Assembly (NCBI GenBank): GCA_015056485.1
Contig: SVGD01000001.1
Location: 7,094 to 71,093 of the forward strand
Source: Clostridiales bacterium
GTDB taxonomy: Bacteria > Bacillota > Clostridia > TANB77 > CAG-508
Reading direction: 5' to 3'
Length of the DNA stretch: 64,000 nt
Shown here: positions 1 to 12,357 of the stretch, one piece after another
Numbering within the stretch: position 1 is the stretch's first letter
Layout: each line of letters opens with the position of its first letter
The notes under the pieces: model-generated
What the model was told of the DNA's origin: nothing
Databases searched by the model: none
What the model saw: the letters and a program-made list of their open reading frames with translations, nothing else
Program-made: the position numbers and the translations under genes

Positions 1-2100
1 TCTTACAAGTTTTCCTTTTTCGTCCATCATTGTTCTAATTCTACCAATTACTGAACCTACTAAAATAGTATCTCCAACATCTAATGTACCACGTTGTACT
101 AACATTGTAGCTACTGGTCCTCTTGTTTTATCAAGTTTTGCTTCTATTACAACACCTTTTGCTTGTTTATTAGGGTTTGCTTTTAATTCTTTCATGTCTG
201 CTACTAATAATACCATTTCTAATAATGTATCTATATTTTGTTTTTTCTTAGCAGAGATATTTACAAATATAGTATCTCCACCCCATTCTTCTGGTACTAA
301 TTCATATTCCATTAATTCTTGTTTTACTCTGTCTGGATTTGCTCCTTCAACATCAATTTTGTTAATTGCAACAACTATTGGAATTCCTGCTGCTTTTGCA
401 TGGTTGATTGCTTCTACTGTTTGAGGCATAACTCCATCATTTGCAGCAACTACAAGTATTGCTATATCTGTAATTTGAGCTCCTCTAGCACGCATAGCAG
501 TAAATGCTTCATGTCCAGGTGTATCCAAGAAAGTTATTTCTCTATCATGAACTTTAACTTTGTATGCACCTATTGCTTGTGTAATTCCTCCAGCTTCACC
601 CTCAATAACATTTGTTGATCTTACAGCATCTAGAAGCGATGTTTTTCCATGGTCTACGTGTCCCATAACAACAATTACTGGTGGTCTTGGTTTTAATTCA
701 TTTTCTTTATCTTCACTATCGTCAAATAGGATATCTTCATCTGTAATAACTTCTTTTTTATGTGCTACAACACCAAATTCTCCTGCAATTAAGAATGCAG
801 TGTCAAAATCTAATTCGTTATTTATTGTTGCCATTATTCCATATCCTAAAAGTTTTTTTATTATTTCGCTACTTGTTTTCTTTAATTCTGCACTTAAATC
901 TTTTACCGATATTGTTTCTGGTATAGTAATATCTGTTAATTCAAATATTTTTTGTTTTGTTCTTTCTTCATTTTGTACGAATTTTTTCTTACCACGTTTT
1001 CCTCTTGTTGTTGTTAAGTCATAGTAATCAAGCATTGAACCTTCTGTAAACATATTTGAAAGACTACTTTCTTGTTTTAAATCTTTCAATTTATGGCTAC
1101 TTATTTCTTCGTAATTTCCTCTTTTTGATTTAGATTGTTTCTTATTTTCTCTGTTTTCATCATATCTATTATTATTTTTTTGTTTATCTATTGCTTTATT
1201 TGCATATTCTCTAGTATTTTCTTTTTCAGTAACATCTACAGACATTATATCCTTTATATTTCTTTCTATTCCTCTTTCATCTAAAGGTCTATTACCTCTG
1301 TTAAATGGTCTGCTTTGACCATCTCTGTTAAATGGTCTGTTTTGTCCTTCTCTATTAAATGGACGGTTTTGTCCTTCTCTATTGAATGGTCTGTTTTGTC
1401 CTTCTCTATTAAATGGTTTGTTTTGCCCATCTCTATTAAATGGACGGTTTTGTCCTTCTCTATTAAATGGTCTGTTTTGTCCTTCTCTGTTAAATGGTCT
1501 GCTTTGACCATCTCTGTTAAATGGTCTGTTTTGTCCTTCTCTATTAAATGGTCTTGTTTGATTATCTCTATCAAAACTCTTAGTAGGTTGTGTTTCTTTA
1601 ACTTCTTCTTTACTAGTTTTTACATCAGAAGTATTAACATTTTCTTGTTTAACTTCTTCTTTAATAGTTTTTTCTTCATTTTCTACTTTTTTTACTTCCT
1701 CAGTAACAGTTTTCTTTGCTGTTTCTTTTTTTCCAAATAATTCGCTTACTGTAAGGGGTTTCTTTTGTTTTTCTCTATATACAATATTATAATCTGTTTT
1801 TCTTTGTCTTTCTACAAATCCAACATCTCTATTGGCATTTCTATCTTGTTTTGTACTTTGTGTTTTTACGTCATTTTCTTTTTCTGTAACAATAACTTCT
1901 CTTCTTATTATTACTGGTGCATCATTTTTTTTCTCTTTTTTTGTATTAGAGAATTTAGCTTCTATTTTTTTTGCTTCTTCATCAGATACTATACTTAAAT
2001 GTGTTTTTACATCTAATCCCATTTCTAATGCTTTATTTAAAACCTCTTTACTACTTACTCCTACTTTTTTTGCTATTTCATGTATTTTTATACTACCCAT
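1..2100 (-). CDS. infB: translation initiation factor IF-2, partial (C-terminal part runs off window start)
   Basis: ATG at 2100 (revcomp cat 2098-2100); open frame continues to the window edge; gene order rimP-nusA-ylxR-infB; N-terminus [35 protein letters not shown] typical of IF-2; internal 27-bp repeats. Confidence 0.85.
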   Translation of the reverse strand, partial: MGSIKIHEIAKKVGVSSKEVLNKALEMGLDVKTHLSIVSDEEAKKIEAKFSNTKKEKKNDAPVIIRREVIVTEKENDVKTQSTKQDRNANRDVGFVERQRKTDYNIVYREKQKKPLTVSELFGKKETAKKTVTEEVKKVENEEKTIKEEVKQENVNTSDVKTSKEEVKETQPTKSFDRDNQTRPFNREGQNRPFNRDGQSRPFNREGQNRPFNREGQNRPFNRDGQNKPFNREGQNRPFNREGQNRPFNREGQNRPFNRDGQSRPFNRGNRPLDERGIERNIKDIMSVDVTEKENTREYANKAIDKQKNNNRYDENRENKKQSKSKRGNYEEISSHKLKDLKQESSLSNMFTEGSMLDYYDLTTTRGKRGKKKFVQNEERTKQKIFELTDITIPETISVKDLSAELKKTSSEIIKKLLGYGIMATINNELDFDTAFLIAGEFGVVAHKKEVITDEDILFDDSEDKENELKPRPPVIVVMGHVDHGKTSLLDAVRSTNVIEGEAGGITQAIGAYKVKVHDREITFLDTPGHEAFTAMRARGAQITDIAILVVAANDGVMPQTVEAINHAKAAGIPIVVAINKIDVEGANPDRVKQELMEYELVPEEWGGDTIFVNISAKKKQNIDTLLEMVLLVADMKELKANPNKQAKGVVIEAKLDKTRGPVATMLVQRGTLDVGDTILVGSVIGRIRTMMDEKGKLVR
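1291..1570. repeat. ~10 tandem copies of a 27-bp unit (tctattaaatggtctgttttgtccttc) within infB, encoding (E/D)GQNRPFNR peptide repeats
   Basis: direct reading of the sequence; alternative-frame ORFs 1281..1574 and 1315..1740 in the track are by-products of this repeat. Confidence 0.8.
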
Positions 2101-2141
2101 TAAATTTCACCTCCATATTTCCTATATTTTTTTTGTCAAAA

Positions 2142-2411
2142 TTACTTGTTACTCTCAATAATTACACCCCTCAAATTTTCATAAATTTCATTATCTATCT
2201 TTATTTCAAATGTTCTTTCTAATCGTTTTGTTTTTATAACTTTTTCAAGGCATTCTAAACTATCACATATATATGCACCTCTGCCTGATAACTTGCCTGT
2301 TTTGTCTATTGTAATTTCACCATTTTTATTCATTACTATTCTTATTAAATCTTGCTTATCTTTTTTTGAATTACAACCCATACACATTCTTTGTGGTTTA
2401 TTCTTCATCAT
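2142..2411 (-). CDS. ylxR: YlxR/DUF448 family RNA-binding protein
   Basis: 89 aa, CxxC motifs, position between nusA and infB. Confidence 0.7.
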   Translation of the reverse strand: MMKNKPQRMCMGCNSKKDKQDLIRIVMNKNGEITIDKTGKLSGRGAYICDSLECLEKVIKTKRLERTFEIKIDNEIYENLRGVIIESNK

Positions 2412-3534
2412 TCACTTCTTCCTCTTCTTGCGCATTTTCATATGCTAATAGTTCTCTAAATTGAGATTCACTCTTTATATCAATTTTCCAGTTAGTTAAT
2501 CTTGCTGCTAATCTAGCATTTTGTCCAGCTTTTCCTATAGCTAAAGATAATTGGTCATCTGGAACAATTACTTGAGCAAATTTTTCTTCTTCTTTTACAT
2601 CAACAGCCATTACTTGAGCTGGAAGTAATGCTGCAGAAATATATATTGCAGGATCTTCATTCCATTCAATAACATCGATTTTTTCACCTTTTAATTCATT
2701 GATTATGTTTTGAATTCTAATTCCTTTTTGGCCTACGCAAGAACCTACTGGGTCAATATTTTCATTTACAGAATATACTGCTACTTTACTTCTATTTCCT
2801 GCATCACGAGATACACTCTTTATCTCTATTAATCCTTCATATATTTCTGGTATTTCAAATTCAAATAATTTTCTAACAAAATCTGGATGACTTCTAGAAA
2901 CTAATACTTGTGGTTCTCCTTTTAATCCTCTTTCAACACTAACAACATAAGCTCTTATTTTATCATTAACATTATAGCTTTCAGTTGGTATTTGGTCTTT
3001 TACTGGCATAATCCCTTCTAATTTTCCTAAATCTAAAACTAGTGTTCCTCCATCAGCTTTTTGAATTATTCCTGTAACTATTTCACCTTTTCTATCATTA
3101 TATTCTGTATATACCATATTTCTTTCAGCTTCTCTTATTTTTTGAACAATTACTTGTTTAGCTGTTTGTGCTGCTATTCTTCCAAAATCCTTTGGAATTA
3201 TTTCTAGTTGAACTGTATCACCTAATTTTACTTTTTTATCTTTTTTTGTTGCAGCTTCTATACTAATTTGTGTCATTTCATCTTCAACTTCTTCAACGAC
3301 TTCTTTCACTGAAAAAACTTTTACTTCACCTGTAGTATCGTTTATTGATATTGAAACATTTTCTGCTGAATCAAAATTTCTTTTGTATGCACTTACTAAC
3401 GCACTTTCTAAAGCTTCTAATAAATATGCTTTACTTATGCCCCTTTCATTTTCTAGTTCATCAATTGCTTGGATTAATTCTTTGTTTTCATTTACTCTCA
3501 TTTTTCTAATCATTCCTTTCTTTATATTTTCCAA
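2398..3534 (-). CDS. nusA: transcription termination/antitermination factor NusA
   Basis: 378 aa with S1 and KH-domain signature; conserved operon context. Confidence 0.9.
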   Translation of the reverse strand: MENIKKGMIRKMRVNENKELIQAIDELENERGISKAYLLEALESALVSAYKRNFDSAENVSISINDTTGEVKVFSVKEVVEEVEDEMTQISIEAATKKDKKVKLGDTVQLEIIPKDFGRIAAQTAKQVIVQKIREAERNMVYTEYNDRKGEIVTGIIQKADGGTLVLDLGKLEGIMPVKDQIPTESYNVNDKIRAYVVSVERGLKGEPQVLVSRSHPDFVRKLFEFEIPEIYEGLIEIKSVSRDAGNRSKVAVYSVNENIDPVGSCVGQKGIRIQNIINELKGEKIDVIEWNEDPAIYISAALLPAQVMAVDVKEEEKFAQVIVPDDQLSLAIGKAGQNARLAARLTNWKIDIKSESQFRELLAYENAQEEEEVNDEE

Positions 3535-3983
3535 TCATAAATTGTTTTTATCTGAGAAATATTTTTTCTTTCTATTTGAACATTTTTATTCTCATTTTTT
3601 AATTCTATGTAATTATCATTAAAGTCATCTAATATACCATCATATGTTTTTTTACTTTCAAATGGTTTAAATAGCTTTATTTGCACCTTGCTACCTATAT
3701 TTTCTTTTAGATGTCTATCTTTCCTTAGTACTCTTTCAACTCCAGTAGAAGAAACTTCCAAAAAGTATTGTTCTTTTATATAATCTGCTGAGTCTATTAT
3801 TTCCGTAATACTATTGCTTACTTTTTCACAATCTTCTAAAGAAATGCCTTTACTACTATCAATGTAAATACGTAAAAAATAATCCTTGCCTTCTTTTACA
3901 TATTCAACATCATATAGTTCATATCCTAATTCGTTGATATTCTTCTCAACTAATTTTTCAATGTTTTGTTCTATATTTGCCAT
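3522..3983 (-). CDS. rimP: ribosome maturation factor RimP
   Basis: 153 aa, immediately upstream of nusA. Confidence 0.85.
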   Translation of the reverse strand: MANIEQNIEKLVEKNINELGYELYDVEYVKEGKDYFLRIYIDSSKGISLEDCEKVSNSITEIIDSADYIKEQYFLEVSSTGVERVLRKDRHLKENIGSKVQIKLFKPFESKKTYDGILDDFNDNYIELKNENKNVQIERKNISQIKTIYDWKI

Positions 3984-4120
3984 TTTCTCTCCTTCATGTT
4001 AGAAGAGTGGGATTGGCTCCCACTCTTCTAGTAATTTTATTTGTATAGGTATTATATATTAATTGTTGTAAAAAATCAAGTAATTTATTTGAATTTATGG
4101 TGAATTATAATTTAGAGTTG

Positions 4121-4210
4121 GGATGTGCGAAGTGTGATGTGTGCTTTTAAAGTTATATTTTACATTCTTTTCCTTAACTTCACACGTCTCACCTCACACT
4201 TCTCACTTCA
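4121..4210. repeat. GTG-heptamer inverted-repeat element (family B)
   Basis: ggatgtgcgaagtgtgatgtgtg ... cacacgtctcacctcacacttctcacttc, two arms around an AT-rich loop. Confidence 0.7.
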
Positions 4211-4230
4211 GAAATACAACCATAATAAAA

Positions 4231-4262
4231 AACACGATTAATCTTTTGATTAATCGTGTTTT
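4231..4262. terminator. bidirectional rho-independent terminator
   Basis: aacacgattaatc aaaag gattaatcgtgtt flanked by A/T runs, at the 3' end of 4269..4670. Confidence 0.6.
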
Positions 4263-4268
4263 TTTATT

Positions 4269-4670
4269 TTAAGCATTATTATATTTGTTTGTTTTTATGT
4301 ACGCATATACTGAAGCTATTACAAATAATACAATTATTAACATTATAGGAGTATCTTCAATACCTGCTTTTGATAATGAATTTGTACTTGTATTTTGATT
4401 TTCTTGTTTTACACTTTCTTTTATATCATTGTTTTCTTCTCTTTTAATATCATTGTTTTCACCAATATCATTTTTTACTTCGTTTTTAATACTTTCTATT
4501 GTCTTTATATCTCCAGATTCATTTTTTTCTGAAATATTATTTTTTTGTAATTCTTTAAATGAATCCATGTCATCAATAGTAGCAGATGTAACTACTGTTG
4601 AAAAAGTAAATATAAAAATTGCGATTAATAAAATACATATTACTGACTTATATTCTTTTATAAAATGCAT
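4269..4670 (-). CDS. hypothetical membrane-anchored protein (N-terminal and C-terminal TM, charged middle)
   Basis: ORF with hydrophobic ends; no recognisable family. Confidence 0.45.
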   Translation of the reverse strand: MHFIKEYKSVICILLIAIFIFTFSTVVTSATIDDMDSFKELQKNNISEKNESGDIKTIESIKNEVKNDIGENNDIKREENNDIKESVKQENQNTSTNSLSKAGIEDTPIMLIIVLFVIASVYAYIKTNKYNNA

Positions 4671-4775
4671 ATTTATTCTCCTTTAAACAAAATATTTAAA
4701 AACATTTTACTACATTTTCATATAAAAATCAAGAGTTTTTTCATTATTTTTAAATTATGTATACTTTATTTAAAA

Positions 4776-5867
4776 TTATACATTAAATTTAAATAAAACG
4801 ATGTCGCCTTCTTGCATAATATATTCTTTTCCCTCTGACCTAATTAAGCCTTTTTCTTTTGCAGCATTCATTGACCCCTCATTTATTAAATCGTCATATG
4901 TTATAACTTCAGCTTTTATAAATCCTCTTTGTATATCTGAATGTATTTTTCCTGCAGCTTCAGGAGCTTTCGTTCCTTTTTTTATTGTCCATGCTCTTAC
5001 TTCTGGTTTTCCAGCTGTTAAAAAAGACATTAATCCTAATAAAGAATAACTTTCTTTTATAACTTTATCTAGACCTGATTCCTCTAGTCCTAAAGCCTCT
5101 AACATTTCTTTTCTATCTTCTCCTTCTAGCCCTGTAAGTTCTTCCTCTATTTTAGCACATAGTGGAATTGCTGTTGAACCTTCTGCTTCAGCATATTCTT
5201 TTACTTTTTTTACATTCTCATCGTTTTCTGCATTTGATAATTGCTCTTCTGATACATTAGCAATATACATAACTTTTTTCGAAGTTAAAAGAAATAAATC
5301 TTTTGTCCATTCCAATTCATCTTCTGATAGTTCTACACTTCTTGCAGGTTTTCCAGCTTCTAAAGTTTCTTTTATTTTTTCTAAAACATTCACTTCTTCT
5401 TGATGTTTTCTATCTGCCTTTAACATTTTTCTAGCTCTATCTAAGCGTTTATCTATTGTTTCTATATCAGAAAAAATTAATTCTAAATTTATCGTTTCTA
5501 TATCTCTAATTGGATTTATATTACCATCTACGTGTACAATATTTGAATTTTCAAAGCATCTTACTACTTGTAATATACTGTCAACCTCTCTTATATGAGA
5601 TAAAAATTTATTTCCTAATCCTTCCCCTTTGCTCGCACCTTTTACAAGTCCTGCTATATCAACAAATTCTACAATTGCATGAGTTACTTTTTCAGTATCA
5701 TACATTTTTGCTAAAACATCTAATCTTTCATCTGGAACTGGTACAACTCCTACATTTGGTTCTATAGTACAAAAGGGATAATTTGCACATTCTGCTCCAG
5801 CCTTTGTAATACTATTAAACATTGTACTCTTTCCAACATTTGGTAATCCAACTATTCCTATTTTCAT
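4776..5867 (-). CDS. ychF: redox-regulated ribosome-binding ATPase YchF
   Basis: MKIGIVGLPNVGKST P-loop, TGS domain; GGAGG RBS before the ATG at 5867 (track ORF starts 7 codons earlier). Confidence 0.9.
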   Translation of the reverse strand: MKIGIVGLPNVGKSTMFNSITKAGAECANYPFCTIEPNVGVVPVPDERLDVLAKMYDTEKVTHAIVEFVDIAGLVKGASKGEGLGNKFLSHIREVDSILQVVRCFENSNIVHVDGNINPIRDIETINLELIFSDIETIDKRLDRARKMLKADRKHQEEVNVLEKIKETLEAGKPARSVELSEDELEWTKDLFLLTSKKVMYIANVSEEQLSNAENDENVKKVKEYAEAEGSTAIPLCAKIEEELTGLEGEDRKEMLEALGLEESGLDKVIKESYSLLGLMSFLTAGKPEVRAWTIKKGTKAPEAAGKIHSDIQRGFIKAEVITYDDLINEGSMNAAKEKGLIRSEGKEYIMQEGDIVLFKFNV

Positions 5868-5971
5868 TTTTTCCTCCTTTTGTCGCATTTAGGACATATT
5901 TTCATTGTTTAATTTTATATTATATTCTGCTTTTTTTCAACCCTATTTAACATATTTAATTTTCTACATTA

Positions 5972-5998
5972 ACGGACGGCTAATAGCCGCCCCTACAT
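5972..5998. repeat. GC-rich hairpin repeat ending in CCCCTACA (family A)
   Basis: aacggacggctaatagccgcccctaca. Confidence 0.8.
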
Positions 5999-6005
5999 AT
6001 AAAAA

Positions 6006-6041
6006 AACGAGGTTAGAAATTTATAATTTCTAACCTCACTT
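6006..6041 (-). terminator. rho-independent terminator of groEL
   Basis: gaggttagaaatt/aatttctaacctc stem followed by a T-run on the minus strand. Confidence 0.65.
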
Positions 6042-6046
6042 TATTT

Positions 6047-7690
<1,644 letters not shown>

Positions 7691-7708
7691 TTATCTTCCT
7701 TTCTTTGT

Positions 7709-8045
<337 letters not shown>

Positions 8046-8047
8046 TA

Positions 8048-8076
8048 ATTTATAACTTTTTATATAAAAAGTCAAT
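8048..8076 (-). promoter_or_regulatory. putative sigma-A promoter of groESL
   Basis: TTGACT, 17 bp, TAAATT immediately upstream of CIRCE (minus strand). Confidence 0.45.
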
Positions 8077-8182
8077 ACTCTTTATAAATTTTATTCCAAA
8101 TTATAGAAATTATTACAAAAATTGAATTTGGAATTTGGAGTTTGGTTGTTAGATTGTTAATATTAAAATTTATTGCATACAT

Positions 8183-8234
8183 TGTAGGGGCTAGTCTTGA
8201 CTAGCCCTTGGATCGGTCAAGACCGCCCCCTACA
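8183..8234. repeat. composite family-A repeat: TGTAGGGG, two GC hairpins, CCCCTACA
   Basis: tgtaggggctagtcttgactagcccttggatcggtcaagaccgccccctaca. Confidence 0.8.
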
Positions 8235-8322
8235 GATTAAATAATTATCGAGCACACATTTAAAATCATATCAATATTCTATCGGTTTGTTGGGAAATTG
8301 GAGATTTTTCAACAAAATTTTA

Positions 8323-8396
8323 AAAAGCTAAAATAATTAATTTTTGACAAATGAGACCTTCATTTTCAAAAATTAATATTTTAGCTAGGGTTGTTT
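8323..8396. repeat. ~65-bp AT-rich near-perfect palindrome (family C)
   Basis: aaaagctaaaataattaatttttgacaaatgag-acc-ttcattttcaaaaattaatattttagct; 4 copies in the window. Confidence 0.8.
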
Positions 8397-8428
8397 ATAT
8401 AAAAAATATAAAACAAATTCTTTGAATC

Positions 8429-8457
8429 ACGGGTCGCCGAGGGCGGCGACCCCTACA
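8429..8457. repeat. family-A GC hairpin repeat
   Basis: cacgggtcgccgagggcggcgacccctaca. Confidence 0.8.
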
Positions 8458-8479
8458 TTTAAATTCTAAACACAAAAAA

Positions 8480-8503
8480 AAAGAGCCTTTTAAAAGGCTC
8501 TTT
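8480..8503 (-). terminator. rho-independent terminator of ppdK
   Basis: aaagagcctttt aaaaggctcttt followed by a T-run. Confidence 0.6.
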
Positions 8504-8514
8504 TTTTATTGTTC

Positions 8515-11148
8515 TTATTTATTTTTTAATGCTGCTTGTGCTGCTGCTAATCTTGCGATTGGAACTCTAAATGGTGAGCAAGATACATAGTTTAATCCTA
8601 CATTATGGCAGAATTCAACGCTTGATGGTTCTCCACCGTGTTCTCCACAAATACCAAGTTTTAATCCTGGTCTTGCAGATCTACCTTTTTCAGCTGCCAT
8701 TTTTACTAATTGTCCTACACCGTTTTGGTCAAGTTTAGCAAATGGATCTGATTCATATATTTTTGATTTGTAGTATGAATCTAAGAATTTACCAGCATCA
8801 TCTCTTGAGAATCCAAATGTCATTTGAGTTAAGTCATTTGTTCCGAAAGAGAAGAATTCTGCTTCATTAGCAACTTCATCAGCTGTTAATGCTGCTCTTG
8901 GTATTTCTATCATTGTACCAATGTGGTATTCAATGTCTGATCCTTTTTCTTTTTTAACTTGTTCTGCTGTTTCAACAACAACATCTTTAACATATTTTAA
9001 TTCTTTCTTTTCTCCTACTAATGGAATCATGATTTCTGGAACTATATCATATCCGTCTTCTTCTTTAACTTCAATAGCTGCTTCTATTAAAGCTCTTGTT
9101 TGCATTTTTGCAATTTCTGGATATGTTACAGCTAATCTACATCCTCTATGTCCCATCATTGGGTTAAATTCATGTAAGTCAGCACATTTTGTTTTTAATT
9201 GTTCTACTGTTACTCCCATATCAGATGCTAAAGCTTTTATATCTTCTTCATCTGTTGGTAAGAATTCATGTAGAGGTGGATCTAAATAACGAACTGTCAT
9301 TGGTAATCCTTTTAATTCTTTGTACATAGCTTTGAAGTCACCTTTTTGGAATGGTATTAATTCATTTAAAGCAGCTTCTCTTGCTTCTACTGTTTCAGAT
9401 AAAATCATTTTTCTGATTTTTGGAATTCTTTCTTCATCAAAGAACATATGCTCTGTTCTACAAAGTCCTATTCCTTCTGCTCCTAAGTTAACAGCATTTT
9501 TTGTATCTCTTGGGTTGTCAGCATTTGTTCTAACTTTTAATGTTCTGAATTCATCTGCCCATCCCATTATTCTTCCAAAGTTTCCACTAACTGAAGCTTC
9601 AACTGTTTTTATATCACCTTTATATATTTTTCCTGTTGAACCATCTAAAGATACATAATCTCCTTCATGGAATGTATATCCACCTAAAGTAAATTCTTTA
9701 GCTTCTTCGTTCATTTTGATATCTCCACATCCAGATACACAGCATGTACCCATACCACGTGCAACAACTGCAGCATGTGATGTCATACCACCACGAACTG
9801 TTAATATACCTTGTGCAGCAACCATACCTTCAATATCTTCTGGAGTTGTTTCTAAACGAACTAATATAACTCTTTCGCCTTTTCCACCTTTTCCAAGTTC
9901 TTTTGCTTCTTCAGCTGTAAATACAACTTTACCTGCAGCAGCACCTGGAGATGCTGGTAATGCTTCACCGATAACTTCTCCTGCTTTTAAGCTATCTTTA
10001 TCAAATGTTGGGTGTAATAATTGGTCTAAAGATTTAGCTTCAATTCTTAAAACAGCTTCTTCTTTAGAAATCATTCCTTCATCAACTAAATCACAAGCTA
10101 TTTGGATAGCAGCTGGAGCTGTTCTTTTTCCATTTCTTGTTTGTAAGAAATATAATTTTCCTTCTTGAATTGTGAATTCCATATCTTGCATATCTCTATA
10201 GTGATTTTCAAGTTTGTTTGCTATTTTCATAAATTCTGCATAACATTCTGGTAAATCTTCTTCAAGTTTTGAAATTGGTTGTGGTGTTCTAACACCTGCA
10301 ACAACGTCTTCACCTTGTGCATTAATTAAATATTCACCATATATACCTTTTTCACCTGTTGATGGATTTCTTGTGAATGCAACACCTGTTCCAGATGTTT
10401 CTCCCATGTTTCCAAATACCATTGCTTGAACGTTTACAGCTGTTCCCCAATCTCCTGGTATATCATTCATTCTTCTATATACTATAGCTCTTGGGTTATC
10501 CCAACTTCTAAATACAGCTTTAACTGCTCCCATTAATTGTTCTGTTGGGTCTTGTGGGAATTCTTCACCGTTCATGTTTTCTTTGTATACAGCTTTAAAT
10601 CTTTTTACTAATTCTTTTAAATCATCAACTGTTAATTCTGTATCGTAATGAACTCCTTTTTCTTCTTTTAATTCATCGATAATTTTTTCGAAGAAAGATT
10701 TTGGAACTTCCATAACAACATCTGAATACATCTGAATAAATCTTCTATATGAATCGTATGCAAATCTTGGATTTCCTGTTTTGCTAGCAAATCCTTCAAC
10801 TGCTACGTCATTTAATCCTAAGTTTAATATTGTATCCATCATACCAGGCATTGATGCTCTAGCACCACTTCTTACTGATACTAATAATGGATCAGAATTA
10901 TCTCCAAATTTTTTACCTTGAATTTCTTCTAATTTTTTCAATGCATCAAAAATTTGTCCTTGAATTTCTTCATTAATTTTTTTACCATCATTATAATATT
11001 CTGTACAAGCTTCTGTTGAAACTGTAAATCCTTGTGGGATTGGTAAACCTAAGTTTGTCATTTCTGCTAAGTTTGCGCCTTTACCACCAAGTAATTCACG
11101 CATATCAGCATTTCCTTCTTTAAAAAGGTAAACATACTTTTTGCTCAT
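8515..11148 (-). CDS. ppdK: pyruvate, phosphate dikinase
   Basis: 877 aa with PEP-utilising and PPDK signature regions. Confidence 0.95.
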   Translation of the reverse strand: MSKKYVYLFKEGNADMRELLGGKGANLAEMTNLGLPIPQGFTVSTEACTEYYNDGKKINEEIQGQIFDALKKLEEIQGKKFGDNSDPLLVSVRSGARASMPGMMDTILNLGLNDVAVEGFASKTGNPRFAYDSYRRFIQMYSDVVMEVPKSFFEKIIDELKEEKGVHYDTELTVDDLKELVKRFKAVYKENMNGEEFPQDPTEQLMGAVKAVFRSWDNPRAIVYRRMNDIPGDWGTAVNVQAMVFGNMGETSGTGVAFTRNPSTGEKGIYGEYLINAQGEDVVAGVRTPQPISKLEEDLPECYAEFMKIANKLENHYRDMQDMEFTIQEGKLYFLQTRNGKRTAPAAIQIACDLVDEGMISKEEAVLRIEAKSLDQLLHPTFDKDSLKAGEVIGEALPASPGAAAGKVVFTAEEAKELGKGGKGERVILVRLETTPEDIEGMVAAQGILTVRGGMTSHAAVVARGMGTCCVSGCGDIKMNEEAKEFTLGGYTFHEGDYVSLDGSTGKIYKGDIKTVEASVSGNFGRIMGWADEFRTLKVRTNADNPRDTKNAVNLGAEGIGLCRTEHMFFDEERIPKIRKMILSETVEAREAALNELIPFQKGDFKAMYKELKGLPMTVRYLDPPLHEFLPTDEEDIKALASDMGVTVEQLKTKCADLHEFNPMMGHRGCRLAVTYPEIAKMQTRALIEAAIEVKEEDGYDIVPEIMIPLVGEKKELKYVKDVVVETAEQVKKEKGSDIEYHIGTMIEIPRAALTADEVANEAEFFSFGTNDLTQMTFGFSRDDAGKFLDSYYKSKIYESDPFAKLDQNGVGQLVKMAAEKGRSARPGLKLGICGEHGGEPSSVEFCHNVGLNYVSCSPFRVPIARLAAAQAALKNK

Positions 11149-11384
11149 AAATTAAAACCCTCTTTCTTTTATATTTTTAATAACCGTGCTTATTATATAT
11201 CAGGTTTTATAAAAAAGTAAAGACTTTTTGGCATTTTTTATATAAAAATCATTATCCTTGTTATAGTCTGAGCATTTTCATAAAATTTAATGTAAAAAAA
11301 CATATATCAATTTTAACAATAATATTTTTCAAAAAAAACAAACGAGCCACATAACTTTGCAGTATGTGACTCGCGGGATTTAGT

Positions 11385-11636
11385 TTAAAACTTATGCACT
11401 TTGTATATGGTAATATACTCTTGCATAGTTTTTCCAACTTCATCCAACTCTCCTTCTTGATTAGGTTTAGAACAGTATTCTTTAAGAATATCTTTAACCT
11501 CTTGTCTGGTTCCTGCACCCGCCATTACATGCAAGCACCATCCATACTTTTCGTGATGCGCCAAATATGTACCAGGAAATTCAGGAACCGAAGGAGTTTC
11601 AGGTGGATTTTGTGATTCACAACTTTGTTTGCTCAT
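11385..11636 (-). CDS. hypothetical 83-aa protein in a GC-rich islet
   Basis: ORF with clearly higher GC than the surroundings; consensus promoter and structured 140-nt leader upstream. Confidence 0.4.
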   Translation of the reverse strand: MSKQSCESQNPPETPSVPEFPGTYLAHHEKYGWCLHVMAGAGTRQEVKDILKEYCSKPNQEGELDEVGKTMQEYITIYKVHKF

Positions 11637-11775
11637 TCCTTTTCACCTTCTTCTTTCAACTTTTGCAAAATCATACCGCTTTTTAACCAGATTATTACCC
11701 AGTTTAGGTGAAAATTTTGCGTTTTATCAAGAACATTGCCTTGATTAGGCGTTTCCGCCTACTGACCTATCTTCT

Positions 11776-11804
11776 ATTATATTACTTTTTTTAATTTATG
11801 TCAA
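11776..11804 (-). promoter_or_regulatory. consensus sigma-A promoter (TTGACA-17-TATAAT) driving the islet ORF
   Basis: revcomp tgtcaa at 11799-11804 and attata at 11776-11781, spacer 17 bp. Confidence 0.55.
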
Positions 11805-11879
11805 ATTATGGAAATGTTTTCACAAAATCATTTTATCGTAACAAAAAAACACCTTTGAAAAAGGTGTTTTTTATTTATA

Positions 11880-12158
11880 TTATTCTGCTGATTCTGCTAT
11901 TTCAGATTCTGGAGCTTCATAAGCTTCTAATATTGAAGCTTGTATTTTCTCTCTTGTTTCAGCATTGATTGGATGAGCTATATCTTTGAATTCTCCGTTT
12001 GGAGTTTTTCTACTTGGCATAGCTATAAATAATCCATTTTGACTTTCGATAACTTTAATGTCGTGAATTACGAATTCATTATCGAATGTTACAGAAGCAA
12101 CAGCTTTCATTCTGTTTTCTGAATTTACTTTTCTTAAACGTACATCTGTTATTTGCAT
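11880..12158 (-). CDS. spoVG: septation protein SpoVG
   Basis: 92 aa, [11 protein letters not shown]... Confidence 0.9.
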   Translation of the reverse strand: MQITDVRLRKVNSENRMKAVASVTFDNEFVIHDIKVIESQNGLFIAMPSRKTPNGEFKDIAHPINAETREKIQASILEAYEAPESEIAESAE

Positions 12159-12357
12159 TTATGTGCACCGCCTTCCAATGTTTATTGTACATATTTATTA
12201 TGTACATTTATATTATTCGTCAAAAAAATTTTTTTTCCTTCTTAATTTTACAATATTATTTTTAAAATTAACATTTTTTATATGAAAAGCATATAATATC
12301 TTGAATTTTTTTAATCAAGTGTGTATAATACTTTTGTTCGGAAAGGATGTTAAATTT

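Noticed and set aside
194-1024. Plus-strand ORFs 194..424, 319..618 and 560..1024
   Set aside because: Antisense to the infB coding frame; low-complexity translations; no RBS.
1281-1740. ORFs 1281..1574(-) and 1315..1740(+) with repetitive peptides
   Set aside because: Alternative-frame by-products of the 27-bp tandem repeat inside infB.
8341-8396. TTGACA inside the AT-rich palindrome acting as a -35 box
   Set aside because: No acceptable -10 hexamer at 16-18 bp spacing in any of the four copies.
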